Program-made: the position numbers and the translations under genes
Notes under the pieces: generated by a model
Told to the model about the DNA's origin: nothing
Seen by the model: the letters and a program-made list of their open reading frames with translations, nothing else
Databases searched by the model: none
In this document: piece after piece, positions 50,877 through 60,664 of the stretch
Layout: the number at the start of each line of letters is the position of its first letter
Position numbering within the stretch: the first letter of the stretch is position 1
From: Bryobacterales bacterium
GTDB taxonomy: Bacteria; Acidobacteriota; Terriglobia; Bryobacterales; UBA6623
Direction of reading: 5' to 3'
Assembly (NCBI GenBank): GCA_963422375.2
Contig: OY729428.2
Location: 1,376,001-1,440,000, forward strand
DNA length: 64,000 nt

Positions 50877-52188
50877 CGGCGCTCTCTCCCGAACCCGGAC
50901 GCATCGCCCTGGTCCGCCAACGCCGTTACCTCGTCGAGAACGTGACGTCGCCGCCGTCACCCGATGAAGCCATGCTTGTCGATCTGTCGTGCCTTGACGA
51001 CGACGCGCAGGGCGAGCCGCTGTCGGTGTGCATCCTGGAGGACGGCGGCTGGTCCGCCGTGGCGGGCAAGGGCTTCGACGACCCGGCGCTGTTCGCGGCC
51101 TATCTCCGCACCCTGTCGTGGAACTGCGTGACCGCGACCGACCCCAATCTCTTTCAGGCGCCCTTCCGCGCCGGCATCCGCATCGACGCCTACCAGCTCG
51201 ACCCGCTGCGCAAGGCGCTTCGGCTGCCGCGCGTCAACCTGTTCATTGCCGACGACGTCGGGCTCGGCAAGACCATCGAGGCGGGACTCATCGCGCGCGA
51301 ACTGCTGTTGCGCCGCCGCATCGACCGGATTGTTGTCGCATGCCCGCCCGCGATGCTCGATCAATGGCAGGACGAGATGGAGGCCCGTTTCGGCCTCACG
51401 TTCACCATTCTCGACCGGGCGCATGTGACGCGGATGCGCCGCGAGCACGGATTTTCGGTCAACCCCTGGACCACCCACTCCCGCTTCCTGATCTCTCGTC
51501 GACGAAACCTACGCCTCGGGCCTGCGTGACTGGCTCGGCGAGTTCGCGCCGGATGGCGTTGATGCGCGAACTCGCTCTCGTCGACGAGATGCGCGAGATC
51601 GCCGAGGCAAGCCGCTACGACGCCGATCCGCGCGTACGCAGGATCGTCGAGTGGACCGACGCCAACTTGTGCCCGATTCTGTCAGCGCCCGAGGCTGCGT
51701 CTCCCCGGTGGAACGACCGCCGCCTTCTCATCTTCACCGAGTACGAGGATACACGCCGCTGGCTGGAGCGCTGCCTGAACGAGGCAATCGCACGCTCCGA
51801 CAGGGCGCGCGAACGGATCGCGACCTTCACGGGGACGACCTCCCGGCACAGGCGGGAAGACATCAAGCACGCCTTCAACGCCGAGCCGGGCGACCACCCG
51901 CTGCGCATTCTTATCGCCACCGACGCGGCGCGGGAGGGCCTCAATCTCCAACGCCACTGTCACGATCTGTTTCACTTCGACCTGCCCTGGAACCCGAGCC
52001 GTCTCGATCAGCGCAACGGCCGCATCGACCGCAAGCTGCAGCCCGCCGACGAGGTGTTCTGCCGTTACTTCGTCTTCGTCCAACGCCCGGAGGATCGTGT
52101 CCTGCGAGTGCTGGTGGACAAGGTGGAGCGCATTCGCGAGGAGCTCGGCAGCGCCGCGAAGGTGCTTGAAGCGCGTGTTGCCCGGACC
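50873..52188 (+). pseudogene. drmD: DISARM DrmD-like SNF2 helicase, internally deleted and truncated
   Basis: VRQRRYLVE..LSCLDDDAQG, FQAPFRAGI..YQLDPLRKALRLPRVNLFIADDVGLGKTIEAG, IFTEYEDT, TDAAREGLNLQ, DLPWNPSRLDQRNGRIDR; DEAH region missing; cut by the IS at 52189. Confidence 0.82.
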
Positions 52189-54962
52189 CAGCGGTTCTAA
52201 ATTTGGCCGTCAAGGGGGTGCGTGAAGGTTGTTTCGGAGGATGAGGTGAATAAGTTGACCGAGAGGTTGCGCTCCCGAGGCCGCCCCGCGGGAGCGTCGG
52301 ACGGCGGGCAGGGCCGTGGCGCGGCCCGCGTCGCGGGTCCGCCGAGTGCCGAGCCCGCGGCCGGACGCCCTCCGGCGGTAGCCGGCTGCGACGGCCGGCC
52401 GCTCGCCGGACGCTGCCGGCACGAAACTGCGCGGAGTCCAGGCCGCGCGGAGTCCAGGCCCCGGCCGCCTGGCAGCCCGGAGGCGCGCGTCCGGCGCGCA
52501 CCGCCGCCAGCAGCGTCGGCCGGTCCGGGAAGCGGAACCAGCGCAGCGCGACCTGCAGCTCCTGGAACAGGGCGCGGCGCGTGACCAGCTGGCGCCGGCA
52601 CTGCTGCCGCAGCGCGCAGACGCACTGCACCACGGCGTGGAGCGCGAAGGCGAACAGGTTCGGCACGGCCGGCACGTTGGCCGGCCCTTCCTTGCCGTGC
52701 CCGAAGTTGCGCTTGAAGTTGCGGCCGTGCCGCGCCAGGCAGTTGCAGCCCTCGTTCTCGATCTTCCAGCGCGCCCGGCCGGCGCGCGCGATCCGCTCCG
52801 CGTTGTCCGCGCTGACCGCGAGACCGGTGAAGAAGCTGCTGACGCAGGTGCGCTTGCCGTCGCGCTCCACGGCGTACTCGAGCCAAGTGCCCCGCAGGGC
52901 GTCGCGGCCCTGGCACAGGGGCACCGCGGCCGTCCAGCGGAAACGGTGCCGCTCGGAGCGCTTGCCCTTCCCGCGCCGCGGCAGCCAGCCGGTCGAGCGC
53001 ACCGCGCCGCTCGCCCGCTGGCTCTCCAGCACCTCGTACAAGTGCTTGTGGGATCCGGGCTTGCATACCCGGACCTAATTACCAACGAACGTCAGCCGAG
53101 GATATGCTCTACTGAAGGAGGTCGGAAATCTCTGATAGGAAAGGGGATAGCAGCTGAAACGCAATCGCGTGCAATTCCAGAAGGGACTCAGTCTGGACAA
53201 GTTCCTGCAGCGCTACGGCAGCGAGGGGCCATGCGAGCAGGCCGTCTGCAACGCCCGCTGGCCGGACGGCTTCCGCTGCCCGGAGTGCGGCTCCCGACGG
53301 CACTGCCGCATCCGCTCCCGCAAGCTCTGGCAGTGCCATGCCTGCCACCGCCAGAGCTCCCTCGTCGCCGGCACGCTCTTGGCCGCCACCCAGCTGCCGC
53401 TGACCGTCTGGTTGCTGGCGCTCCACCTGCTGACGCAGGGCCAGCACGGCGTTTCGTCGCTGGAACTGGCGCGGCAGCTGGGCGTGAGCCGGAACACGGC
53501 TTGGAGGGTGAAGCACAAGCTTCTGCAAGTGCTGAAGGAGCGCGACGAGCGCGTGCCGCCGGGCGGCATCGTGCAGGTGGACGACGCCTACTGGGGCCTA
53601 CTGGGGCGGGGAGCGGAGCGGCGGCCAGCGCGGTCGCGGCGCGGCGGGCAAGACGCCGTTCGTGGCCGCCGTGCAGGTCACCGCCGCCGGCCAGCCGGCA
53701 AGGATGCGCATGAGCAGCGTGGCGGGCTTGCGCAAGAAGACGCTGGCAGCGTGGGCCGGGCGGCACTTGCAGCCCGGCACGGAGGTGCATTCCGACGGCC
53801 CGGCCTGCTTCCGGGGCGTGGCCGGCGCCGGCTGCGAGCACGTGCCGGCCGTCACCGGAGGCGGGCAGCGGAGCTGCGGGGATTCCCGCTTCGTCCGGGT
53901 CGACACGATGCTGGCGAACGTCAAGCAGTCCCTGGCGGGAACCTGCCCTGCGCTCGACGGCAAGCACCTGCCGCGCTACCTCGCCGAGTTCCGCTACCGC
54001 TTCAACCGCCGCTACGACCTGGAGGCGCTGGTCCCCCGCCTGCTCCACGCCTCCGTGCGCACCCCGCCCATGCCTTACCGCCTCCTAACCTTGGCTGAGT
54101 CTTGTGGGTAATCAGGTACCCGGATGTAGTCCATGCCGGCCGCCGCGGCGGCCTCGCAGACCGGCTGGCAGCAGTGCAGGTCGTCGCCCGGCAGGACGGG
54201 GCGGCAGGCCTGCAGCCAGGCGCCGTGAGCGGCGAGCCAGCGCTTGGCGGCGTTGCGCTCGCAGTCCCGCTTGCGCTCGTCCTCGCTCATGTCGGCGCGG
54301 GTCGCGGCCGCGTCCTGCTGCGGGCACGCGAACTCGGGCATCAGCGGCAGGACGGTGGCGTGGCCGTCGGCCACCGCGGTGGCCGACGGCCATGGTGCGG
54401 AAGTGATGCGGCCGGCGCTCGCGGCCGGCGCGCCGCACCGAGCACTGCGGGCAATGCACCCTGTCGGAGCGGTGGAACCGGACGCCGTCCGGAGCCGCCA
54501 GCAGGCGCTCGTCGAGGCGCTGCAAGGGCTCGAGCGCGCCCTGCGCGGCCACGGTTTCCCGGAACAGCGGGTCCAACGCGGCCGGGTCGCGGTCGTCGAG
54601 CAAGTTGCGGATCCGGTTGTCGCAGGGGATGCGGCCCGCGCCGAACAGGGTCCGGCAGTTGGAGCGCGAGCCGTCCCGCTCCATGCGCCGCTGGAACGCG
54701 AGGAACGACTCGCACTGGGTGCAGAAGCAGGCCGGGGCGCAACCGGCGGCGTCGCTGACCTCGTAGCGCTTGTTGCGGCGCCCCTCGCGCCGGTCGGGCC
54801 GGCCGGCGGCCGTCTCGCGGAAGGCGCTCAGCAGCGCGTCCAGGACATGGGGCATGCACCCTAGCTCACACATTCCGCTAGCAAAAGTCAAGTGCCAGAC
54901 TGCCTTCGACACCTTTCTCAGACACTCTGGAAATCCCAAAATGCCCAAATTGAGAATCGCTG
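52189..54962 (-). mobile_element. ISNCY-like element; transposase (ATG 54855) frameshifted and interrupted by IS1595
   Basis: TIR CAGCGGTTCTAAATTTGG / CAGCGATTCTCAATTTGG; SFLAFQR, IPCDNRIRNLLD, KRDCERNAAKRW, GRARWKIENEG, NFGHG. Confidence 0.88.
53074..54116 (+). mobile_element. IS1595-group element, copy B, frameshifted
   Basis: TIR CCTAATTACC / GGTAATCAGG; perfect 8-bp TSD TACCCGGA (53066-53073, 54117-54124); 10-bp duplication at 53586 breaks the frame. Confidence 0.95.
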
Positions 54963-55053
54963 GCCGTCAACCACCCAAGATAGGAGCCGGAACCGTAAGC
55001 GCGCACGTCCGGATCTGAGCGGGGGCACCGGGTAACCGGTGTCCCTACCGCGA
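54963..55053 (+). ncRNA. Group II intron 3' remnant (domains V-VI)
   Basis: AVNHPR* then GAGCCGG...CGCACGTCCGGATC (DV, AGC triad) and GGGGGCACCGG-GTAA-CCGGTGTCCCT-A-CCGCGA (DVI with bulged A). Confidence 0.75.
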
Positions 55054-55252
55054 GCAGACCGCGGCGGACGAATACGCACTGGTGAAGCGGGGTCCTTCGC
55101 TGGCGAACCGGTCGATGTGGGGCGTGCGGTACGCCTCGCCGCCGTATGCTTCAACTTGGCTCCATCCTAGGTCGTCGGCCAAGACAAACACCACGTTCGG
55201 ACTCTCCTGCGCGAAGCAGGCCGCGGCCGTCGCAAGCGACCGGAGGATTCAT
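55045..55252 (-). pseudogene. Sulfatase N-terminal remnant
   Basis: AQESPNVVFVLADDLGWSQVEAYGGEAYRTPHIDRFASEGPRFTSAYSSAAVCS, then runs into intron DNA. Confidence 0.85.
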
Positions 55253-55341
55253 CGTATGGCAAGCCGGTACAGCAGTCCGCGCCCAGAGCCCGTGTCGAGT
55301 GTCAGCCGGGACGCTCTGTATGACGCGGCAGGCGCGGAGCG

Positions 55342-57042
55342 CTACTTCCGCGTGATGTCCACATGCCAGACCCCTACCGCATCGTCGTCGACTTGCAGCC
55401 GGGCCTCGAATGTGCCCTCGCCCGGTTCTAGGACGAGGCCCTCGAATACCACTCGTTCCTCCCCCGCCCGGACGGGCCGGGTCTCTTCGGAATCGCGGAA
55501 GCCGATTCTGACTGTGCCGGCCTTGGCGGCGGGTTCCGCGAGTGTGACAGCGACGTCGTAGGGTCCCTCCGACCGGCAGTCCACCTCCCAGTGACCCAGC
55601 ACTTGCTGGCCTCGGCCCCACCCGTCCGTCGTCGCCATGCGCCAGTCCTGCCTCGTCAGCGTCACGTGCCGCTGGGCGTCGCTTCCGATGGCGAACCGCA
55701 CGGCGTCGTACCCGCGGCTCTCGGAGACGTTGTCCAGCCAGGCGTCGTAGCCTGCCCTGAGGCGCTCGACGACCTCCGGCAGCTCGCCGGACAGGTCCGC
55801 CCGCTCCCCTGGATCCGCGGAAAGGTCGTACAGCTCGAGGGGCGCGTCCGGCGGTGCCGGCTGGCTGAAGCTCAGCGCCTGGACCAGCTTGTAGCGCTGC
55901 TCGACGGCTGCGAACGCGCGGTAGCGCTGCGGCTCGTTGCCGCGATGCGCCTGCACGAAGTAGGTTCGCTCGGGCAGCGATTCTGTTTCGCCTGTCCACA
56001 GGGGCAGGAGGCTGACGCCGTCGAACCTCGCCTCGGGCGGGGGAACGACTCCCGCGGCCGCAGCCAGGGTGGGTGCGATATCGATGTGCGCGCCGAGCGC
56101 GTCGACCTCGCGCGGGCCGAGCCGGTCCGGCCAGCGGGCCAGGAATGGTACGCGGATGCCGTTCTCGTAGACACTGCCCTTCTGCTCCCGCAGCCCGGCA
56201 TGGTACAGGCGGGTGGTGGGGCCGTTGTCGGTCATGAAGATGAATATCGTGTTCCCGTCGAGGCCGCTCGATACCAGATGGTCCAGCAGCCTGCCTACGT
56301 TGTCGTCGATATTCGTGATCATGCCGTAGATGCGGGCGTCCTTGTCCGCGAGACCCTGGTCCGCGTACGGCTCGCGGTAGGAGTCGGGCACCAAGTACGG
56401 GGAGTGCGGGGCGTTCGTTGGGATGTACGCGAAGAATGGCTCCTCGCCGCCGTCCCCGATCCAGCGGATGGCCTCGTCGAAATAGACGTCGGTGCAGTAC
56501 CCGGCATACTCCCGCTGCTCTCCGTTGTGGAATAGAATCGGGTCGAAGTAGTCGGAGCCGGGCGGGTCGGACGGCTGGCCGATGCCTCCGCCCTTGTGGA
56601 CCACCGACTCGTCGAAGCCTTGGTCCATGGCCCTCAGCGGATGGTTGTCGCCTAGGTGCCACTTGCCGAAGATCCCAGTGCGGTACCCGGCCTCGCCAAG
56701 GATCTCCGCGATCGTGACCTCGGCCGGATCCATCAGCGCCCGGCCCAGATACGTGTCGACGACGCCCGTCCGGTAGTTGTAGCGCCCGGTCATAAGCGCG
56801 GCCCGCGTGGGCGCGCACACGGGCGATACGTAGAAGCGGGTCATCTCCACGCTCTCGCTGGCGAGGGCGTCCAGGCGCGGCGTCTGCAGGACCGGGTCCC
56901 CGTGCGACCCGAGCTGCGCCCAGCCCTGGTCGTCGGTCATGATCAGGACGATATTGGGGCGCGGGCCGGCGGTCGGCCCCCCGCCGGCGCACGAAGCCAG
57001 CAGGATTCCTAGAAAGAGGGCAGTCAGCGTCCGATGCGGCAC
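55342..57042 (-). CDS. Arylsulfatase, probable lipoprotein
   Basis: LLASC lipobox; PNIVLIMTDDQG, CAPTRAALMTG, GKWHLG, TDNG, YENGIRVP. Confidence 0.95.
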   Translation of the reverse strand: MPHRTLTALFLGILLASCAGGGPTAGPRPNIVLIMTDDQGWAQLGSHGDPVLQTPRLDALASESVEMTRFYVSPVCAPTRAALMTGRYNYRTGVVDTYLGRALMDPAEVTIAEILGEAGYRTGIFGKWHLGDNHPLRAMDQGFDESVVHKGGGIGQPSDPPGSDYFDPILFHNGEQREYAGYCTDVYFDEAIRWIGDGGEEPFFAYIPTNAPHSPYLVPDSYREPYADQGLADKDARIYGMITNIDDNVGRLLDHLVSSGLDGNTIFIFMTDNGPTTRLYHAGLREQKGSVYENGIRVPFLARWPDRLGPREVDALGAHIDIAPTLAAAAGVVPPPEARFDGVSLLPLWTGETESLPERTYFVQAHRGNEPQRYRAFAAVEQRYKLVQALSFSQPAPPDAPLELYDLSADPGERADLSGELPEVVERLRAGYDAWLDNVSESRGYDAVRFAIGSDAQRHVTLTRQDWRMATTDGWGRGQQVLGHWEVDCRSEGPYDVAVTLAEPAAKAGTVRIGFRDSEETRPVRAGEERVVFEGLVLEPGEGTFEARLQVDDDAVGVWHVDITRK

Positions 57043-57117
57043 GCTAGACAGGCTGACCGACCGACCGCCCCGTCGTCAAGTCCCTGCGAATTCACGGGGG
57101 CGAGAGTCCTTCGGACG

Positions 57118-57954
57118 CTACTTCCAAGTCACTTCCATCGCGAAGAAATGGTCGAAGACCTCGCGATCGGGATGGTTCGCCTCGTTCCTCTCGGGGCTGC
57201 GGATGTAGAAGTCCAGCTGCTGGAGGGCGGGATTCACGGCCCCGGCCTCGTTACTCTTGCCGTCGAGCGGGTAGCGGGCGACCAAGTCGCGGCCCCGCAT
57301 CCCCTGCGTGACCATGAAGTGGATCTCGTAGTTATCGTAGAGCGGCTCGTCATCGAGCGTGGCCGATCCCAGCCCCCAGCCCGCGACGTACAGCAGGCTC
57401 TTGGGCCAGTTGGCGTCTCCGCAGCCCGAGTTGCCGTGCTCGAAGAGAAACGCCGCGATGCCGCCGTCCTGGCAGGGCGAGAACTGCTTGATCTCTTCGA
57501 GATCGATCGCGTACTTGCCCTCCGGAAGATCGAGCTCGGCTCGGAACGTGCCGGTGTTCTCGATCTCGTTCACGTCGATCTCGGCCGTGCCCCCGACCGG
57601 CCGCAGGTCCGAGGCGTCGTTGCCCATATGGTTCCACGGGCTCTCGTCGTCGAGCGTGCCGACTTGGTAGATGCGGCCTCCCGAGATGCGGAACTTCCCG
57701 TCGTACAGGTCGTGCTGCCCCGGCGCGTACAGGTCCATCTCGGTGCCCGGCTGGATCCGCGGCCCGCGCTTCTCCGTCGCGGCCGGAGCGTCGCTCGTGC
57801 CGGGCGCGGTGCAGGCGAGGAGGGCGAGGCATGCGAGCGCTCCGGCTCCCGCTGCGAATCGTCTCGGAGTCCCATCGGCTAGGCCTGGCCCGTCTGACGA
57901 GCCCGGTCCGCTCGGCTGCGGGGCGCGGCTGGCAGCGTTCGATGCGGCCTTCAT
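57118..57954 (-). CDS. Hypothetical lipoprotein
   Basis: LALLAC lipobox; acidic, aromatic-rich body with HGNSGCGD; true start may lie downstream. Confidence 0.7.
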   Translation of the reverse strand: MKAASNAASRAPQPSGPGSSDGPGLADGTPRRFAAGAGALACLALLACTAPGTSDAPAATEKRGPRIQPGTEMDLYAPGQHDLYDGKFRISGGRIYQVGTLDDESPWNHMGNDASDLRPVGGTAEIDVNEIENTGTFRAELDLPEGKYAIDLEEIKQFSPCQDGGIAAFLFEHGNSGCGDANWPKSLLYVAGWGLGSATLDDEPLYDNYEIHFMVTQGMRGRDLVARYPLDGKSNEAGAVNPALQQLDFYIRSPERNEANHPDREVFDHFFAMEVTWK

Positions 57955-58036
57955 GCCAGAAAGGCTAGCACGGCAGCGTGGCGCTACTGGGTCGCCCGCT
58001 GACAGCGGAACGGAGGCCGGTTGGGCCGTCAGCCGG

Positions 58037-59251
58037 CTACTCCAGTGCGTCCTCCGCGTGGCACACTATGTCGGCGACGATGGCTTCGAGCCACTCTGCC
58101 GTCTCCTCGACTTCGACCGCGACCGACTGCAAGGCGCCGAGATGACTTCGACCGGATCCGCGCCCCTTGGCGTACGCATCCGCGAATGCCTCGGGCGGAC
58201 TGCCGGGATCGACCGGTGCCTCGAGCGCCTTTCGCAGCGCTTCCCAGCGTTCGACCAGCAGGCGATGCTCCGCAATTCTCGGACGAGCGGCGCTCCCGCC
58301 CGGTTTCGAGACTCGCCGGATCGACTCCGGGAGCTTGGCCACGATCTTGCTGATCCGGTGAATCCTCTCTTCGGCTTGGGTCGCGATCTGCCTGCGCGCC
58401 GACTCGTAGAGCCGCCTTTCCGACCCGCGCGCGCTCGGCAGCCTAACCTTGGCGTACCAGGCATCGAGGGCGCGCAGCGTGCCGATCAGCTTCGCGGTCG
58501 CGAGCACCCGCGGCTTGAGGCTGCCGTAGATCCGGCGGTCGAACTTCGGGCGCGTCACGCTCGCGGCAGACGCCGCGACCAAGGCGTTGCTAGGCGCGTC
58601 TTTCCGAATGACCGATCCGGCCGCGATCACGGCGCCGAAGCCGACCTCGACCGGTCCCACGAGCCCGCAGTTCCCGCCGACGAAGACCGGGTCGGACCGG
58701 AGCAGCACGCCGCGGATCCCGCCGATCAAGCTGCCCCACTTGTCGCCCCGTGGGTCGAAGTTGAAGTGGACCGCTCCCGACCCAATCTCGGTGTGATCGC
58801 GTCGCGACCGCCCCCCGCTGAGGAACAGGTCGCAGAAATTGATGACCGATCCAGCTACGCAACAGGCGGTGAAGGTCGTGTTCTTCATGGCGACGCAGTG
58901 CGCCGCCTCCGCCTGCTCCTCGAGCAGGGTGCCCGGGCGGATCTCGGCGGAGCCGCGAACCCTGACACCTTCAAGGAGCGTCGCTCCCTCGTAGAGCCCC
59001 GCGCCCAGTTCCGCGTCCCTGCCGATTTGGCAGTCCCTTACTTCGGCGTGCCCGGAGACTCCGATCCGGGCGCCTCCTGCGATGCTCAGCGACGCTCCCG
59101 ACAGGGTGGCCTGGCGTATGACGGCACCAGTCTCGATGCGGTCGAGATCGACGTCCTCGCAGACGTACACGCGCTCCGGACCCCATGCATCGACTCCCCG
59201 CCTCTGCAAGCGCTCCACGCGCTCGCGATTGCCGTTCCGGTCGAATTGCAT
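58037..59251 (-). CDS. Stand-alone hexapeptide-repeat protein resembling the GlmU acetyltransferase half
   Basis: IRPGTLLEEQAEAAHCVAMKNT, GSVINFCD, HFNF, FVGGNCGLVGPVEVGFGAVIAAGSVIRKD. Confidence 0.75.
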   Translation of the reverse strand: MQFDRNGNRERVERLQRRGVDAWGPERVYVCEDVDLDRIETGAVIRQATLSGASLSIAGGARIGVSGHAEVRDCQIGRDAELGAGLYEGATLLEGVRVRGSAEIRPGTLLEEQAEAAHCVAMKNTTFTACCVAGSVINFCDLFLSGGRSRRDHTEIGSGAVHFNFDPRGDKWGSLIGGIRGVLLRSDPVFVGGNCGLVGPVEVGFGAVIAAGSVIRKDAPSNALVAASAASVTRPKFDRRIYGSLKPRVLATAKLIGTLRALDAWYAKVRLPSARGSERRLYESARRQIATQAEERIHRISKIVAKLPESIRRVSKPGGSAARPRIAEHRLLVERWEALRKALEAPVDPGSPPEAFADAYAKGRGSGRSHLGALQSVAVEVEETAEWLEAIVADIVCHAEDALE

Positions 59252-59440
59252 TCGTCTCCCCGCTCTCGGGCGAGGGCCGCAATGGTCCGCCCGACCTGCC
59301 AGTTTGACGGATTGGCCGCCCGCCGTCGCCGCGGCCGCGCGGGGGCGACTTGGCTGGCCCGCCGCGGCCGTGTGAAGATTGACCTTCGCCCTCTTCGGAG
59401 CCGCGCAGGGCGGCTCGAGCCCGCGGCGACCCGCTCGTCC

Positions 59441-60256
59441 ATGGCGCTGGTACATCCCTCGGCGCGGATCGCCGCCACCGCCCTCGTGGCGCCCACGGCC
59501 CGGGTCGGCCCGGAAGCGGTCATCGCCGAATACGCGATCGTCGAGGACGACGTGGTGGTCGGCGCGCGCTGCCGGATCGAGTCTTTCGCGCTGCTGAAGC
59601 GCTGGACAATCCTCGGCACGGACAACGAGATCTCATCCGGCGTAGTTCTCGGAAGCGACCCGCTCGACAAGGCCTTCGACGGTCGGCGGTCCTACCTGAG
59701 GATCGGCAGCCGCAACAGAATTCGCGAGCACTTCACCGTGTCGAGGGGCACCGAGCCGGAGTCCGAGACGGTGATCGGCGACGACAACTTCATCATGACT
59801 TCCGGGCATATCGCGCACAACTGCCGGATAGGAAACGGGACCGTCATCGCTAGCACGGCCCTCCTCGCCGGATATGTTGAAATCGAAGACCGGGCGTTCG
59901 TGTCGGGAGGAGTCGGAGTCCAGCAGCGCTCGCGGGTCGGCGAGCTGGCCATGGTCGGGGGCATGACCCGGGTCAATCAGGACGTGACGCCGTATCTGAC
60001 GCATGTCGGGCCGGTCATGGCCGTCCACGGGCTGAACCTGGTCGGCCTGCGGCGCGCCGGGCTCGGGCGCGGCGAAATCGACCGCATCCGGCAGGCCTAC
60101 CGCCTCCTGTTTCGGACGGCAATGCCGCTGATCGAGGCGCTCGCGCGGGTCGAGGCCGAAGTGAAGGGCCCGCATGCCCGGCACATGGTGGAGTTCATCC
60201 GCGCCTCGGAGCGCGGCGTCTGTCGGCGCAGGGGCCGGGAAAAGGATGAGGACTGA
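59441..60256 (+). CDS. lpxA: Acyl-ACP:UDP-GlcNAc O-acyltransferase
   Basis: VHPSARI, IGSRNRIREHFTVSRGT, HIAHNC, QDVTPY, GLNLVGLRRAG, IRQAYRLLF. Confidence 0.88.
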   Translation: MALVHPSARIAATALVAPTARVGPEAVIAEYAIVEDDVVVGARCRIESFALLKRWTILGTDNEISSGVVLGSDPLDKAFDGRRSYLRIGSRNRIREHFTVSRGTEPESETVIGDDNFIMTSGHIAHNCRIGNGTVIASTALLAGYVEIEDRAFVSGGVGVQQRSRVGELAMVGGMTRVNQDVTPYLTHVGPVMAVHGLNLVGLRRAGLGRGEIDRIRQAYRLLFRTAMPLIEALARVEAEVKGPHARHMVEFIRASERGVCRRRGREKDED

Positions 60257-60624
60257 TGTACAACGGAATCGAACACACGGCAATCGCCACTCCCGATCCG
60301 GAGGCCTTGGCCGGCTGGTACGAGCGCAACCTGCAGATGCCGGTCTGCCATCGCTACGGCGGCAACGTCTTCGTCCGAGCGAGCGACGGATCGATGCTCG
60401 AGCTGATCCCGTCCCAGGGCGCCGCGGTCGAGACCGCGATGCGAACTCCGGGAATCCGGCACCTAGCCATCAAGGTTGACGACTTCGACGAGGGCGTGCG
60501 AGACCTCCGATCCAAGGGCATCGAGATCGTGGAGTTCGTCGAGGCCGGGCCGAACCGGCTGGCGTTCTTCCTAGACCCCGAAGGCAACATACTGCATCTG
60601 ATCCATCGCGACGCGCCGATATAA
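60256..60624 (+). CDS. VOC/glyoxalase family protein
   Basis: IEHTAI, LELI, GIRHLAIKVDD, FFLDPEGNILHL; overlaps the lpxA stop. Confidence 0.9.
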   Translation: MYNGIEHTAIATPDPEALAGWYERNLQMPVCHRYGGNVFVRASDGSMLELIPSQGAAVETAMRTPGIRHLAIKVDDFDEGVRDLRSKGIEIVEFVEAGPNRLAFFLDPEGNILHLIHRDAPI

Positions 60625-60664
60625 CCGGCCGCTCCGACGCCGCGAGTGCCGGCCGCCTGCCCGC

